A DNA stretch of 64,000 nucleotides from Deltaproteobacteria bacterium RBG_16_64_85. GTDB taxonomy: Bacteria > Desulfobacterota > Deferrimicrobia > Deferrimicrobiales > Deferrimicrobiaceae. Shown here piece by piece: positions 47,057 through 56,335 of the stretch. The notes under the pieces were generated by a model. The model worked only from the letters and a program-made list of their open reading frames with translations, was not told the DNA's origin and did not search any database. The position numbers were made by a program, and so were the translations under genes. Within the stretch, counting starts at the first letter, position 1, and every line of letters begins with the position of its first letter. The stretch is taken from NCBI GenBank assembly GCA_001798885.1, contig MGQW01000011.1, forward strand, positions 44,953 through 108,952, read 5' to 3'.

Positions 47057-47870
47057 CCGGATGCAATTCGTGGCGGGAAAAATCGTGCGGAACGAGGGGC
47101 ACGGGGAGATCTTCTATCGCCTGGAAGCGGCCGTCCCCGAGCCGGTCGAGTACGAGCCGGGCCAGTTCGCCATGGTCTCCGGCTGGCCGGGGAACGACCC
47201 GCTGCTCCCGCGGCCCCTGGCGATCTTTCGAGCGGGCGCGGCGCCGAAGGGCAAGGGGACGGTCGAGTTCGTCTACAAGGTCGTGGGGCGCGGCACCGCG
47301 CTGCTGTCGGGGATGCACCCGGGAGAGTCGCTGTCCCTCACCCTTCCGCTGGGCCGGGGGTTCGACCTCGCCAAGGACGGGCAGCTGTACTGGCTCGTTG
47401 GCGGCGGCGTCGGGTTCGCGACCGTCTTTCCCGCCGCCGCGGCGCTCGGAAGGCGGCGGGCGGAATATGAAATGTTTCTGGGAAGCCGCACCCGCGAACA
47501 GCTTCCCCCGAAGGAGTGGACGCCCGGCGGCTCATCCCCGGGGCGTGTCCACCTCTGCACCGAGGACGGGACCGCCGGTTATTTCGGGCAGGTCACCGAC
47601 ACCATCCGGGAGCGGATGGCGGCCCTTTCCGATGCCGATGCCACCCGCCTGACGATCCTCGCCTGCGGCCCCCGGGAGATGCTGAAGGAGATCGCCCTGG
47701 CGGCTTCGGTGCGGGGCGCGGAGATGCAGGCGGCGCTCGAAAATCACATGGCGTGCGGGTTCGGCGTCTGCTGGGGGTGCGTCGTTGCCCTGCGGGAGGG
47801 GGAGCAGATCGCCTATCGGCGGGTCTGCAAGGAAGGGCCGGTCTTCGATGCGCGGGAGGTCGTCTGGTGA
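47046..47870 (+). CDS. pyrK: Dihydroorotate dehydrogenase (class 1B) electron-transfer subunit PyrK
   Basis: FAD/NAD-binding domains and a C-terminal 2Fe-2S cluster motif 'CGFGVCWGC'. Confidence 0.85.
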   Translation: MSHSRMQFVAGKIVRNEGHGEIFYRLEAAVPEPVEYEPGQFAMVSGWPGNDPLLPRPLAIFRAGAAPKGKGTVEFVYKVVGRGTALLSGMHPGESLSLTLPLGRGFDLAKDGQLYWLVGGGVGFATVFPAAAALGRRRAEYEMFLGSRTREQLPPKEWTPGGSSPGRVHLCTEDGTAGYFGQVTDTIRERMAALSDADATRLTILACGPREMLKEIALAASVRGAEMQAALENHMACGFGVCWGCVVALREGEQIAYRRVCKEGPVFDAREVVW

Positions 47871-48781
47871 AACCGGACCTCTCGGTATCCCTGGGAAGGC
47901 TGCGCCTGAAGAACCCGGTGATGAGCGCGTCGGGGACGTTCGGGTACGGGCTCGAGTTCTCCCCCTTCTACGACATCTCGCGCCTCGGGGCCGTCGTGGT
48001 CAAGGGGTTGTCGCTTGCGCCCACGCCGGGGAACCCTCCGGGGCGGATCGTCGAGACGGCGTCGGGGATGCTCAACGCCATCGGCCTGCAGAACATCGGG
48101 GTCGAGCGGTTCATCGAGGAGGTCGCTCCGCGCCTTTCGGACGCGGGGGCCACGTTCGCCGCGAACATCTACGGACGGACGGTGGAGGAGTACGAATCGG
48201 TCGCCGTCCGGCTTTCGGAGCTGTCCTCTCTCGCCGCGATCGAAGTGAACGCCTCCTGTCCCAATGTAAAGGAGGGCGGGATGGCGTTCGGCGCGACGCC
48301 GGAGGGGATCTCGCATCTCACCGGCCGGGTGCGGAAGGCGACCGGGAAGTCCCTCTGGGTCAAGCTCAGCCCCAATGTCGCGGACATCGCCTCCGTGGCG
48401 GCTGCTGCGGAAGGCGCAGGGGCGGACGCCGTGTCGCTCATCAACACCATCGTCGGGATGGCGGTGGACCACCGGACGCGCAGGCCGAAGCTGTCCAACG
48501 TGACCGGGGGGCTGTCGGGGCCGGCGATCAAGCCGGTCGCCCTGCGGATGGTGTGGGAAGTGTGCCGGCGCGTGAAGATCCCGGTGATCGGGATCGGCGG
48601 GATCCAGACGGCGGCGGACGCGCTGGAGTTCCTTCTCGTGGGGGCCTCCGCGGTGCAGGTCGGGACGGCCAATTTCCGGAACCCGAGGGCGTGCGTGGAG
48701 ATCCTCGAAGGGGTCGAGACGTTCCTGCGGGAAGAGCGGCTCGCCGGGATCTCGGAGTACCGTGGGAAGCTGCACCTGTAA
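47867..48781 (+). CDS. pyrD: Dihydroorotate dehydrogenase catalytic subunit (class 1B)
   Basis: 'NPVMSASGTFGYG', 'EVNASCPN', 'GIGGI' motifs. GTGA overlap with pyrK. Confidence 0.9.
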   Translation: MKPDLSVSLGRLRLKNPVMSASGTFGYGLEFSPFYDISRLGAVVVKGLSLAPTPGNPPGRIVETASGMLNAIGLQNIGVERFIEEVAPRLSDAGATFAANIYGRTVEEYESVAVRLSELSSLAAIEVNASCPNVKEGGMAFGATPEGISHLTGRVRKATGKSLWVKLSPNVADIASVAAAAEGAGADAVSLINTIVGMAVDHRTRRPKLSNVTGGLSGPAIKPVALRMVWEVCRRVKIPVIGIGGIQTAADALEFLLVGASAVQVGTANFRNPRACVEILEGVETFLREERLAGISEYRGKLHL

Positions 48782-48796
48782 AGAAAAAGAATTGTC

Positions 48797-48826
48797 TTGT
48801 GGGCGATTTACGATTCCTCGTATAAT
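48797..48826 (+). promoter_or_regulatory. Candidate sigma70 promoter (TTGTGG-18 bp-TATAAT) for the rimP-nusA-infB operon
   Basis: Perfect -10 TATAAT at 48821-48826 with TTGTGG 18 bp upstream. Confidence 0.4.
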
Positions 48827-48852
48827 GGGGCCAGGTAGCGGGGAAACTCTGG

Positions 48853-48882
48853 AAAGTGGGCCGTCGCCCACTTTTTTTTTCG
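48853..48882 (+). terminator. Intrinsic terminator-like hairpin (7-bp GC stem, CGUC loop) followed by a 9-U tract and preceded by an A-tract; possible pyrD terminator and/or leader attenuator for rimP
   Basis: AGUGGGC-CGUC-GCCCACU followed by UUUUUUUUU at 48872-48880, 15 nt before the rimP ATG. Confidence 0.6.
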
Positions 48883-48895
48883 ATGTGACAAACCC

Positions 48896-49378
48896 ATGAA
48901 AGCGGACATCGAAAAGATCGAAACCCTGGTCGCCCAGGTGGCGCGGGAAGAGATGGTGGAGGTCTTCGACCTCGCTGTTGCGAGGGAAGGCCCTCGGACA
49001 GTGATCCGCGTCTTCCTGGACCGCGAGGGAGGCATCCGCCTCGGAGAGTGCGAGTCGTTCAGCCGGAAGATGAGCGCGGTGCTCGATGTCAGCGACCCGA
49101 TGCCGGGCCCTTACGTCCTGGAGGTTTCTTCGCCGGGGCTCAACCGGAGGCTTACGAAGCCGGCGCATTTTGCGGCGGTGGCGGGAAGGCGGATCCGGGT
49201 GGCGCTCTCCGAGCCGGTAGAAGGGAGTCGGAACTACCGGGGAACCCTGTTCCGGGCCGACGGGGAGGGCATCGACCTCGAGCGGGACGGCAAGATCTTC
49301 CGGTTCCCCTACCGCGCGGTGCGCAAGGCGAACCTGGAGGTTGACCAGGAAGAACTCTTCGGAAAGGGAAAGAGATAG
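48896..49378 (+). CDS. rimP: Ribosome maturation factor RimP
   Basis: 'VLDVSDPMPGPYVLEVSSPGLNRRL' conserved RimP core. 160 aa. Confidence 0.9.
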   Translation: MKADIEKIETLVAQVAREEMVEVFDLAVAREGPRTVIRVFLDREGGIRLGECESFSRKMSAVLDVSDPMPGPYVLEVSSPGLNRRLTKPAHFAAVAGRRIRVALSEPVEGSRNYRGTLFRADGEGIDLERDGKIFRFPYRAVRKANLEVDQEELFGKGKR

Positions 49379-49380
49379 CA

Positions 49381-50634
49381 ATGATTCTGGACATCGGGCA
49401 GATCATCACGCAGCTGGGCAAGGAGAAGGGGATCGACCGGGTCGTGATCGTCGAAGCGATCAAGGAGGCCCTGGAGATCGCCGCCAGGAAGAAGTACGGG
49501 ATGAACAAGCGGATCGAGGCTACCTACGACAGCGAAACCGGCGAATTCGAGATCCTGGAGTTCCGCACCGTCGTGGAGGAGGTCAAGGACCCCGAGGCCG
49601 AGATCTCGCTCGAAGCCGCCCGCGAGTACGACCCCGAAGCGGTCTACAACGACAACATCGGGTTCCGGATGAGCACCCGCGACCTGGGCCGCATCGCCGC
49701 GCAGACGGCCCGCCAGATCATCATGCAGAAGGTGAAGGACGCCGAGCGGGAAGTGATCTATAACGAGTTCATCGGCCGGAAGGGGGAGATCATCAACGGG
49801 ATCGTGCAGCGCTACGAGCGCGACTGCCTGGTCGTCGACCTGGGCAAGACGGAGGCCGTCATGCCGATGTCGGAGCAGATCCCCCGCGAGCGGTATCGCC
49901 AGGGAGACCGGATTCGGGCCTATATCAAGGACGTCAGCAAGACCCCGCGGGGGCCGGAGATCCTGCTTGCGCGCTCCGACCCGCGGATGATCCTCAAGCT
50001 GTTCGAACAGGAGGTCCCCGAGGTCTACGAGGGGGTCGTCTCCATCCTGAGCGTCGCGAGGGAGCCCGGTTTCCGGACGAAGATCGCCGTCCGCTCGAAG
50101 GACCGCGACGTGGACCCGGTGGGGGCATGCGTGGGGATGAAGGGATCCCGGGTGCAGAGCGTCGTCCAGGAGCTGCGCGGCGAGCGAATCGACATCATCG
50201 CGTGGGACGAAGATCCCGCGAAGTTCGTGTGCAACGCCCTCCAGCCGGCGGAGATCATCCGGGTGCTGGTCAACGAGTCCGAGAAGAGCATGGAGGTCGT
50301 CGTACCCGAGGAGCAGCTCCTCCTGGCGATCGGGAAAAAGGGGCAGAACGTCAAGCTGGCTTCGAAGCTCGTGGGGTGGCACATCGATGTCCGAGCGGAA
50401 GGGCAGGTCGAGGACGCCCTGAAGCGCGCGGAGGGGCTCTTCGCCCCCAAGAAGGCGGACCCGTCGGCGAAGGCCGAGGTTCCCCCGGGCGACGTGCCCG
50501 CTGCGCAGGAGCCCGAACCTTCGGTGGAGCCGCATCCGCAACCCTCCGTTGCGCCGCAGGGCCTGGAAGGCGGTGAGACTCCGCCCGCGGAAGAACCCTC
50601 CCCGGGGGAAGGGGACAGTGAAGCCAAACAGTGA
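49381..50634 (+). CDS. nusA: Transcription termination/antitermination factor NusA
   Basis: N-terminal domain, S1 and KH1-KH2 'GACVGMKGSRVQSVVQEL', and an acidic Pro-rich C-terminal tail. Confidence 0.95.
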   Translation: MILDIGQIITQLGKEKGIDRVVIVEAIKEALEIAARKKYGMNKRIEATYDSETGEFEILEFRTVVEEVKDPEAEISLEAAREYDPEAVYNDNIGFRMSTRDLGRIAAQTARQIIMQKVKDAEREVIYNEFIGRKGEIINGIVQRYERDCLVVDLGKTEAVMPMSEQIPRERYRQGDRIRAYIKDVSKTPRGPEILLARSDPRMILKLFEQEVPEVYEGVVSILSVAREPGFRTKIAVRSKDRDVDPVGACVGMKGSRVQSVVQELRGERIDIIAWDEDPAKFVCNALQPAEIIRVLVNESEKSMEVVVPEEQLLLAIGKKGQNVKLASKLVGWHIDVRAEGQVEDALKRAEGLFAPKKADPSAKAEVPPGDVPAAQEPEPSVEPHPQPSVAPQGLEGGETPPAEEPSPGEGDSEAKQ

Positions 50635-50914
50635 CCGCCGCCTCCCGGAGAGGACGTGCGTTCAGTGCGGAAGCACAGGGAGGAAGGAATCGTTTTTCCG
50701 GATCGCGGGACGGCCCGAATCGGGCTGGGAGCCGGATCCGGGAGGGAGGAAGCCGGGCCGCGGGATCTACCTTTGCCGGGCCGCGGAGTGCGTGGAAGGA
50801 TTCGCGAGGCGGATCCGGACCCCGAAGGGAGCGGCGCGGTGGAAGATGGGGGTCAACGGATCGGTGCTCGCGGACAAGGTTTCCGCCTGGTGGGCCGCTG
50901 AAGAGCGAAAGTAG
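50618..50914 (+). CDS. ylxR: YlxR/DUF448 family RNA-binding protein of the nusA-infB operon
   Basis: 'RTCVQCG…ESFFRI…GRGIYLC' is the YlxR signature. GTG start overlapping the nusA end. Confidence 0.7.
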   Translation: MKPNSDRRLPERTCVQCGSTGRKESFFRIAGRPESGWEPDPGGRKPGRGIYLCRAAECVEGFARRIRTPKGAARWKMGVNGSVLADKVSAWWAAEERK

Positions 50915-50923
50915 GGAGGGTGG

Positions 50924-53428
50924 ATGGAGAAGGTTCGCATTCGGGAGCTGGCCAAGGAACTCAGGATGGAGACGAGCAAGGAGATCCTCGCGTTCCTTGA
51001 GCGGATCGGGCAAAAGGGCAAGTCGGCATCGAGCAGCATCGAGGGAGACGTGATCGAGCGGGTGAAGAATCACTTCCGGAGGACCGCGCCGCCGCCTCCC
51101 CCGAAGCAGACCCTCGTGGTCACGCGCGCCGACGGGACCCTCGAGCGCCGCTCGAGCAGGGTGGTCCTGCGGCGCGGCGCACCGGTGGTCGAGAAGCCCC
51201 CCGCCCCCGAAGAGCCTTCCGCACCGGCACCTCCCGCAGGCGAAGCGGCCGCCGGGGCTCCTTCCGTCGCCGCGGCGCCCGCCCCCGTGGAGTCGGTTCC
51301 GGACGTCGCCAAGGCGCCGGAGGCGGTCCCGGCCGCGGAAACGCCCGGGGCGGAAGCGGAAAGCCGGCAACCGGCGGTAGCTGTTGTCCGGGTGGTGGAA
51401 AAGACGCCCGCCGAGAAGGCCGCCGAGGAGCGGAAAGAGAAGGAAAAGAAGTGGAAGAAAGCCAAGCCCCACGAGAAAAAGGTCCAGAAGGGAGTCCTGA
51501 AGAGAACCATCATCCAGGAAATCGTCGAGGAGCCCGAAGCCCCGAAGGCGCCGGAGAAACCGGCGGCCGAGGCCGAGCCGGTAGTGGTGCGCCAATTCCA
51601 GCCGGTCCGGGCGCTCAAGAAGAGGGGAAAGCCCGTCAAGGAAAAGAAGGCTCCCTCCACCCTTCCGCCGAAGGCCAGCAAGCGCGTGTTCAAGATCGAG
51701 GAGGTCATCACCGTCGGGGATCTCGCGCACCGGATGGGGATCAAGGCCGCCGACGTGATCAAGAAGCTGATCGAGATGGGGATGCCGACCACGGTCAATC
51801 AACTCCTCGACGCCGACACCGCCCGGATCCTGGCCCAGGAGTACGGGTACGAGGTGGAGAACGTCGCGCCCGAGGTGGAGAGCCTCATCGACCAGGAGGA
51901 GGACCGGGAGGAGGACCTCGTTTTGCGTCCGCCCGTCGTGACCATCATGGGGCACGTGGACCACGGGAAGACCACCCTGCTGGACGCCATCCGGCAGAGC
52001 AACGTCACCGACCACGAGGCGGGAGGGATCACCCAGCACATCGGCGCATACGAGGTCGAGCACGGCGAGCGGAAGCTCGTCCTGCTGGACACGCCGGGCC
52101 ACGAAGCCTTCACCTCCATGCGGGCCCGCGGCGCGTCGGTCACTGATATCGTGGTGCTGGTCGTCGCCGCCGACGACGGCGTGATGCCGCAGACGATCGA
52201 GGCGATCGACCACGCCAAGGCGGCGGGCGTGCCCATCGTGGTGGCGGTCAACAAGGTCGACAAGTCCGGGGCGCAACCCGACCGCATCCGGCAGCAGCTC
52301 TCCGAGCACGGGCTCCTCCCGGAGGAATGGGGCGGCCAGACGCTGTACGCCAACGTCTCCGCGAAGAGAAAGACGGGGATCGAAGCCCTGCTCGAGCTCG
52401 TCCTGCTCCAGGCCGACCTCCTGGAGCTGAAGTCCAACCCCAGGAAGATGGCGCGGGGGACGGTCATCGAATCCCGCCTGGAGAAGGGACGGGGTCCGGT
52501 GGCGACGGTTCTTGTCCGGGAAGGGACTTTGCGGGTCGGCGACCCGATCGTCACGGGGATCCACTACGGAAGGGTCCGGGCGCTGGCCAACCACAAGGGA
52601 AAGCGACTCGTGGAGTCTCCACCCGGGACCCCCGCGGAGATCCAGGGGCTTGACGGGCTCCCCGCCGCCGGCCAGAAGTTCGCGGTCCTCAAGGACGAGC
52701 GGACGGCGCGCCAGATCGCACTGCACCGACAGGAAAAGGACCGGGAGAAGACGGTCGCGCGGCCCCGGTTCAGCCTGGAGGATCTCCACCGGCACATCGA
52801 GGTCGGGGACCTGAGGGAGCTGAACATCGTCATCAAGGCGGACGTCCAGGGGTCGATGGAGGCGCTGCAGTTCTCCCTGGGGAAGCTCTCCGGAGAGAAG
52901 GTCAAGGTGAAGGTCATCCATGCCGGGGTCGGCGGGATCTCGGAGACCGACGTGATGCTGGCTTCGGCTTCCACAGCCGTCGTCATCGGCTTCAGCGTGC
53001 GGCCCGAGCCCAAGGCGGCGGAGCTGGCCGAGCGGGAGAGCGTCGATGTCCGGCTCTATTCCGTGATCTACGACGTCGTCGACGACATCCGGAAGGCGAT
53101 GGAAGGGCTGCTCGCGCCGACGTTCCGGGAAGCCTCCCAGGGGCGCGCCGAGGTCCGCAACACGTTCCACATCTCCAAGATCGGGACCATCGCCGGCTGC
53201 TACGTCCTGTCGGGAAAGATCACCCGGAACTCGAACCTCCGCCTGCTGCGCGACAGCGTAGTCGTGTACGAGGGAAAGCTCTCGTCCCTGAAGCGGTTCA
53301 AGGAGGATGTCCGCGAGGTGTCGGAAGGGTACGAGTGCGGGATCGGTATCGAGAACTTCAACGACATTCAGGTAGGCGACCAGATCGAGGCGTACGTGAT
53401 GGAGAAGGTCGCCGGGACGCTCGCGTAG
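50924..53428 (+). CDS. infB: Translation initiation factor IF-2
   Basis: G-domain '[12 protein letters not shown]', 'DTPGHEAF', 'NKVD', and Pro/Ala/Lys-rich N-terminal region. 834 aa. Confidence 0.95.
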   Translation: MEKVRIRELAKELRMETSKEILAFLERIGQKGKSASSSIEGDVIERVKNHFRRTAPPPPPKQTLVVTRADGTLERRSSRVVLRRGAPVVEKPPAPEEPSAPAPPAGEAAAGAPSVAAAPAPVESVPDVAKAPEAVPAAETPGAEAESRQPAVAVVRVVEKTPAEKAAEERKEKEKKWKKAKPHEKKVQKGVLKRTIIQEIVEEPEAPKAPEKPAAEAEPVVVRQFQPVRALKKRGKPVKEKKAPSTLPPKASKRVFKIEEVITVGDLAHRMGIKAADVIKKLIEMGMPTTVNQLLDADTARILAQEYGYEVENVAPEVESLIDQEEDREEDLVLRPPVVTIMGHVDHGKTTLLDAIRQSNVTDHEAGGITQHIGAYEVEHGERKLVLLDTPGHEAFTSMRARGASVTDIVVLVVAADDGVMPQTIEAIDHAKAAGVPIVVAVNKVDKSGAQPDRIRQQLSEHGLLPEEWGGQTLYANVSAKRKTGIEALLELVLLQADLLELKSNPRKMARGTVIESRLEKGRGPVATVLVREGTLRVGDPIVTGIHYGRVRALANHKGKRLVESPPGTPAEIQGLDGLPAAGQKFAVLKDERTARQIALHRQEKDREKTVARPRFSLEDLHRHIEVGDLRELNIVIKADVQGSMEALQFSLGKLSGEKVKVKVIHAGVGGISETDVMLASASTAVVIGFSVRPEPKAAELAERESVDVRLYSVIYDVVDDIRKAMEGLLAPTFREASQGRAEVRNTFHISKIGTIAGCYVLSGKITRNSNLRLLRDSVVVYEGKLSSLKRFKEDVREVSEGYECGIGIENFNDIQVGDQIEAYVMEKVAGTLA

Positions 53429-53432
53429 CGCC

Positions 53433-53735
53433 ATGCTGGTGGCGGTGCTGTTGGCAGAGCTTCTCTTTCCCGACGCCGCTTCCCTCAAAGACAAACGCCG
53501 GAGGCTTTCCGGGCTGACCGGGAAGATCCGTTCCGGGTACCCGGTGTCCGTCGCCGAGGTCGGCTTCCAGGACCTGTGGCAGCGGGGCCGGATCGGCATC
53601 GCGCTGGTGTCGACCGACGCGCGACTGGCGCGGTCGATGCTGGACCGGATCAGCGATTTGGTGGGGCGGGACGGGGAGGTGGAGCTCCTCGACCGCCGGA
53701 TCGAGTTCCTCCGGGTCGATGAGGAGGAGACATGA
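53433..53735 (+). CDS. DUF503 (YlxP-like) protein
   Basis: 100-aa protein in the conserved position between infB and rbfA, with conserved 'SLKDKRR' segment. Confidence 0.7.
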   Translation: MLVAVLLAELLFPDAASLKDKRRRLSGLTGKIRSGYPVSVAEVGFQDLWQRGRIGIALVSTDARLARSMLDRISDLVGRDGEVELLDRRIEFLRVDEEET

Positions 53736-54097
53736 AAGGCCGAGGCGACCGCCCCGCCCGCGTGGCGGAACGGATCCGGGAGGAGGTTTCCCTCATCCTC
53801 CAGAACAGGGTGAAGGATCCCGGCATGGGGGTGGTGACGATCACGGACGTGACGATCACCCCCGATCTCAAGACCGCGCGCGTCCATTATTCCGTCCTGG
53901 GCGGGGACGAGGAGAAGATCGCCGTCCGGGACGCGCTGCGGCGCTCCAAGGGGTTCATCCGGAAGGAGCTCGGACGGACCCTCCAGCTGCGGTACTCCCC
54001 CGAGGTGGCGTTCCTGTTCGACAATACCTATGAAAAGGGTGCCCGGATGGACCGGCTCCTGAGGGAGATCCGGTCGGAGGGCGACGGTGAAAAATAA
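53732..54097 (+). CDS. rbfA: Ribosome-binding factor A
   Basis: 'RVAERIREEVSLIL…VTITDVTITPDLKTARVHYSV' is a classic RbfA sequence. Confidence 0.9.
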   Translation: MKGRGDRPARVAERIREEVSLILQNRVKDPGMGVVTITDVTITPDLKTARVHYSVLGGDEEKIAVRDALRRSKGFIRKELGRTLQLRYSPEVAFLFDNTYEKGARMDRLLREIRSEGDGEK

Positions 54098-55049
54098 CAT
54101 CGAGGCGATCTGCCGCGTCTTCCGGGAGAAGGATCGGTTCCTGATCGCCTCCCACGAAAACCCCGAGGGGGACGCCATCGGCTCCCAGCTGGCGCTGGCG
54201 CTTGCGCTGCGGAAGATGGGGAAGACCGCGACCGTCCTGAACGCCGATCCCGTTCCCGGGAACCTGGCGTTCCTACCGGGGGCCGACAGCGTGGTCTACG
54301 AGGAGAACGGCTCCCGCTACGAGGTGGCCGTCGTGGTGGATTGCGGCTCCTCCGAAAGGACCGGGCGCGTGCAGGCGGAGCTTTGCAAGCCCCCCGTCCT
54401 GGTGAACATCGACCATCACCGGACCAACGGCGGCTGCGGCAATTATTGCCTTGTCGACCCGGAGGCGGCCGCGACGGGGATCCTCATCTACCGGATTCTG
54501 GCGGCCATGAACGTGGAGATCGATTGCGACGTCGCCGTCAACATCTACGTTGCCATCCTGACGGACACCGGCTCCTTCCACTACGCCAACACCTCGCCGG
54601 AGGCCTTCCAAATCGCGGGGGAGATGATCCGGCGGGGGGTCGACCCCTGGGCGGTGGCGGAAAAGGTCTACGAGACCCAGAGCGCCGACCGGCTGCGCCT
54701 GCTGGGGAGGGTGCTCAGCTCCCTGGAGATCGCGGCCGGGGGGAAGGTCGCGGCCGTCACGACAACGAAGAAGGACCTCGCCGACTTCTCCGCCAGGAAG
54801 GATTTCCTCGAGGGGTTCATCAACTATCCCCGCTCGGTGATCGGGGTCGAGGTGGCGGTGGCGTTCCGGGAGGAGGACGCCGGGGAGATCCGGGTGAGCC
54901 TCCGGTCCAAGGGGCGCGTGGACGTTTCCGCGATCTCCCAGGCGTTCGGGGGAGGGGGGCACCGCAATGCCGCGGGATGCAGCCTGCGCGGCCCCCTCGA
55001 TGAGGTGAAGCGCAAGGTCTACGGGGCGTTGGAGGCGGCGCTCCGGTGA
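54087..55049 (+). CDS. nrnA: DHH-family phosphoesterase NrnA (oligoribonuclease / pAp phosphatase)
   Basis: DHH motifs 'ASHENPEGDAIGS', 'VVDCG', 'NIDHH' and a DHHA1 domain 'GGGGHRNAAG'. Confidence 0.8.
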   Translation: MKNNIEAICRVFREKDRFLIASHENPEGDAIGSQLALALALRKMGKTATVLNADPVPGNLAFLPGADSVVYEENGSRYEVAVVVDCGSSERTGRVQAELCKPPVLVNIDHHRTNGGCGNYCLVDPEAAATGILIYRILAAMNVEIDCDVAVNIYVAILTDTGSFHYANTSPEAFQIAGEMIRRGVDPWAVAEKVYETQSADRLRLLGRVLSSLEIAAGGKVAAVTTTKKDLADFSARKDFLEGFINYPRSVIGVEVAVAFREEDAGEIRVSLRSKGRVDVSAISQAFGGGGHRNAAGCSLRGPLDEVKRKVYGALEAALR

Positions 55050-55936
55050 CGGACGGCGTCATCGTCCTGGACAAGCCCGGCGGGATCACCTCCTTCCGCG
55101 CCGTCGAGGAGGTGGGGAGAGTCCTCCGGACGAAGAAGTGCGGGCACGCCGGCACCCTCGACCCGATGGCGACCGGAGTCCTGCTGGTGTGCGCCGGCAG
55201 GGCCACGAAGATCGCCGGATACCTCGCCGCGCAGGAAAAGGAATACGAGGCCCGTTTCCGGTTCGGGGCCGCCACCGACACGGGGGACGTCACCGGCAAG
55301 GTGATCGAAAGCCGGCCGGCCGCGTTTGCGCCTTCGGATGCCGTTGCCGTCGCCGTTTCCGGGCTTGTCGGCACCCGGGAGCAGGTCCCTCCGGCCTTCT
55401 CGGCCGTCAAGGTGGCCGGGACCCGGGCGTACGTGATGGCCCGGCAGGGGAAACCCCTGGAGCTTTCCCCGCGCACGGTGACCGTCGCCGAGGCGCGTCT
55501 TCTTTCATGGTCGGAGGAAGGGTTCGCCGTTTTCTTGCGGTGCTCGAAGGGGTTTTACGTCCGCGCGCTACCGCGGGAGCTGGGCCGGCTGCTGGGCGTC
55601 CCGATGGCCGTTTCGTCGCTGCGCCGGCTGCGGTCCGGCACCTTTCGCGTCGAGGATTCGGTAACGCTCGCGGACCTCGTCGAGGAGGGGAAGCGCGGCG
55701 CGGCGGCGTCCCGGCTGGTCCCGATCGAGAAGGCCCTCGCCGGGTTCCCGCAGTGGGAGATCCCGAAGGAGGCCGTCGTAGCGGTCCGTCACGGCGGCTC
55801 GCCCGCGCCCTGGCTTGCCGGGCGCGATCCGGGGCCCTCGCAAGGCGTGGTCCTGCTGACTCACGGGAAGGAGGGGCCCGTCGCCCTCGTCGAGCGGATC
55901 GGGGAGGGCCGGTGGAGGATCGTGCGGGGCATATGA
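55046..55936 (+). CDS. truB: tRNA pseudouridine(55) synthase TruB
   Basis: 'GVIVLDKPGGITSF', catalytic Asp 'HAGTLDPMATGVL', and a PUA-like C-terminus. Confidence 0.9.
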   Translation: MTDGVIVLDKPGGITSFRAVEEVGRVLRTKKCGHAGTLDPMATGVLLVCAGRATKIAGYLAAQEKEYEARFRFGAATDTGDVTGKVIESRPAAFAPSDAVAVAVSGLVGTREQVPPAFSAVKVAGTRAYVMARQGKPLELSPRTVTVAEARLLSWSEEGFAVFLRCSKGFYVRALPRELGRLLGVPMAVSSLRRLRSGTFRVEDSVTLADLVEEGKRGAAASRLVPIEKALAGFPQWEIPKEAVVAVRHGGSPAPWLAGRDPGPSQGVVLLTHGKEGPVALVERIGEGRWRIVRGI

Positions 55937-56027
55937 ATTTACTTCCCTGCGGGGATATGTTATAAAATAAAAATCCGGCAAATCTGTATGATTTTCTGAT
56001 CCTTTGAAAGGGGAAGGGCGAAGCGAA

Positions 56028-56297
56028 ATGGGCTTGGAGACGGAGAAGAAGAAGGACTTGATCGGCAAGTTCCGGGTACACGAGTCGGACACCGGCTCGC
56101 CCGAGGTCCAGATCGCCCTCCTGACGGAGAGGATCAACGAGATCACGGATCACCTCAAAACGCACAACAAGGACTTCAACACCCGGAGGGGGCTGTTGAA
56201 GCTGGTCGGTCAGAGGCGCCGTCTCCTCGACTACCTGAAGTTGAAGGAATCGCTGCGGTACAAGGCGGTAGTAGAAGCGCTCGGCCTGCGCAAGTAA
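56028..56297 (+). CDS. rpsO: 30S ribosomal protein S15
   Basis: '[50 protein letters not shown]' is classic S15. ATG after a GAAAGGGGAAGG RBS. Confidence 0.92.
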   Translation: MGLETEKKKDLIGKFRVHESDTGSPEVQIALLTERINEITDHLKTHNKDFNTRRGLLKLVGQRRRLLDYLKLKESLRYKAVVEALGLRK

Positions 56298-56335
56298 TTC
56301 GGGAAACGAACGATATCCACATCATCGCTGCCCCC

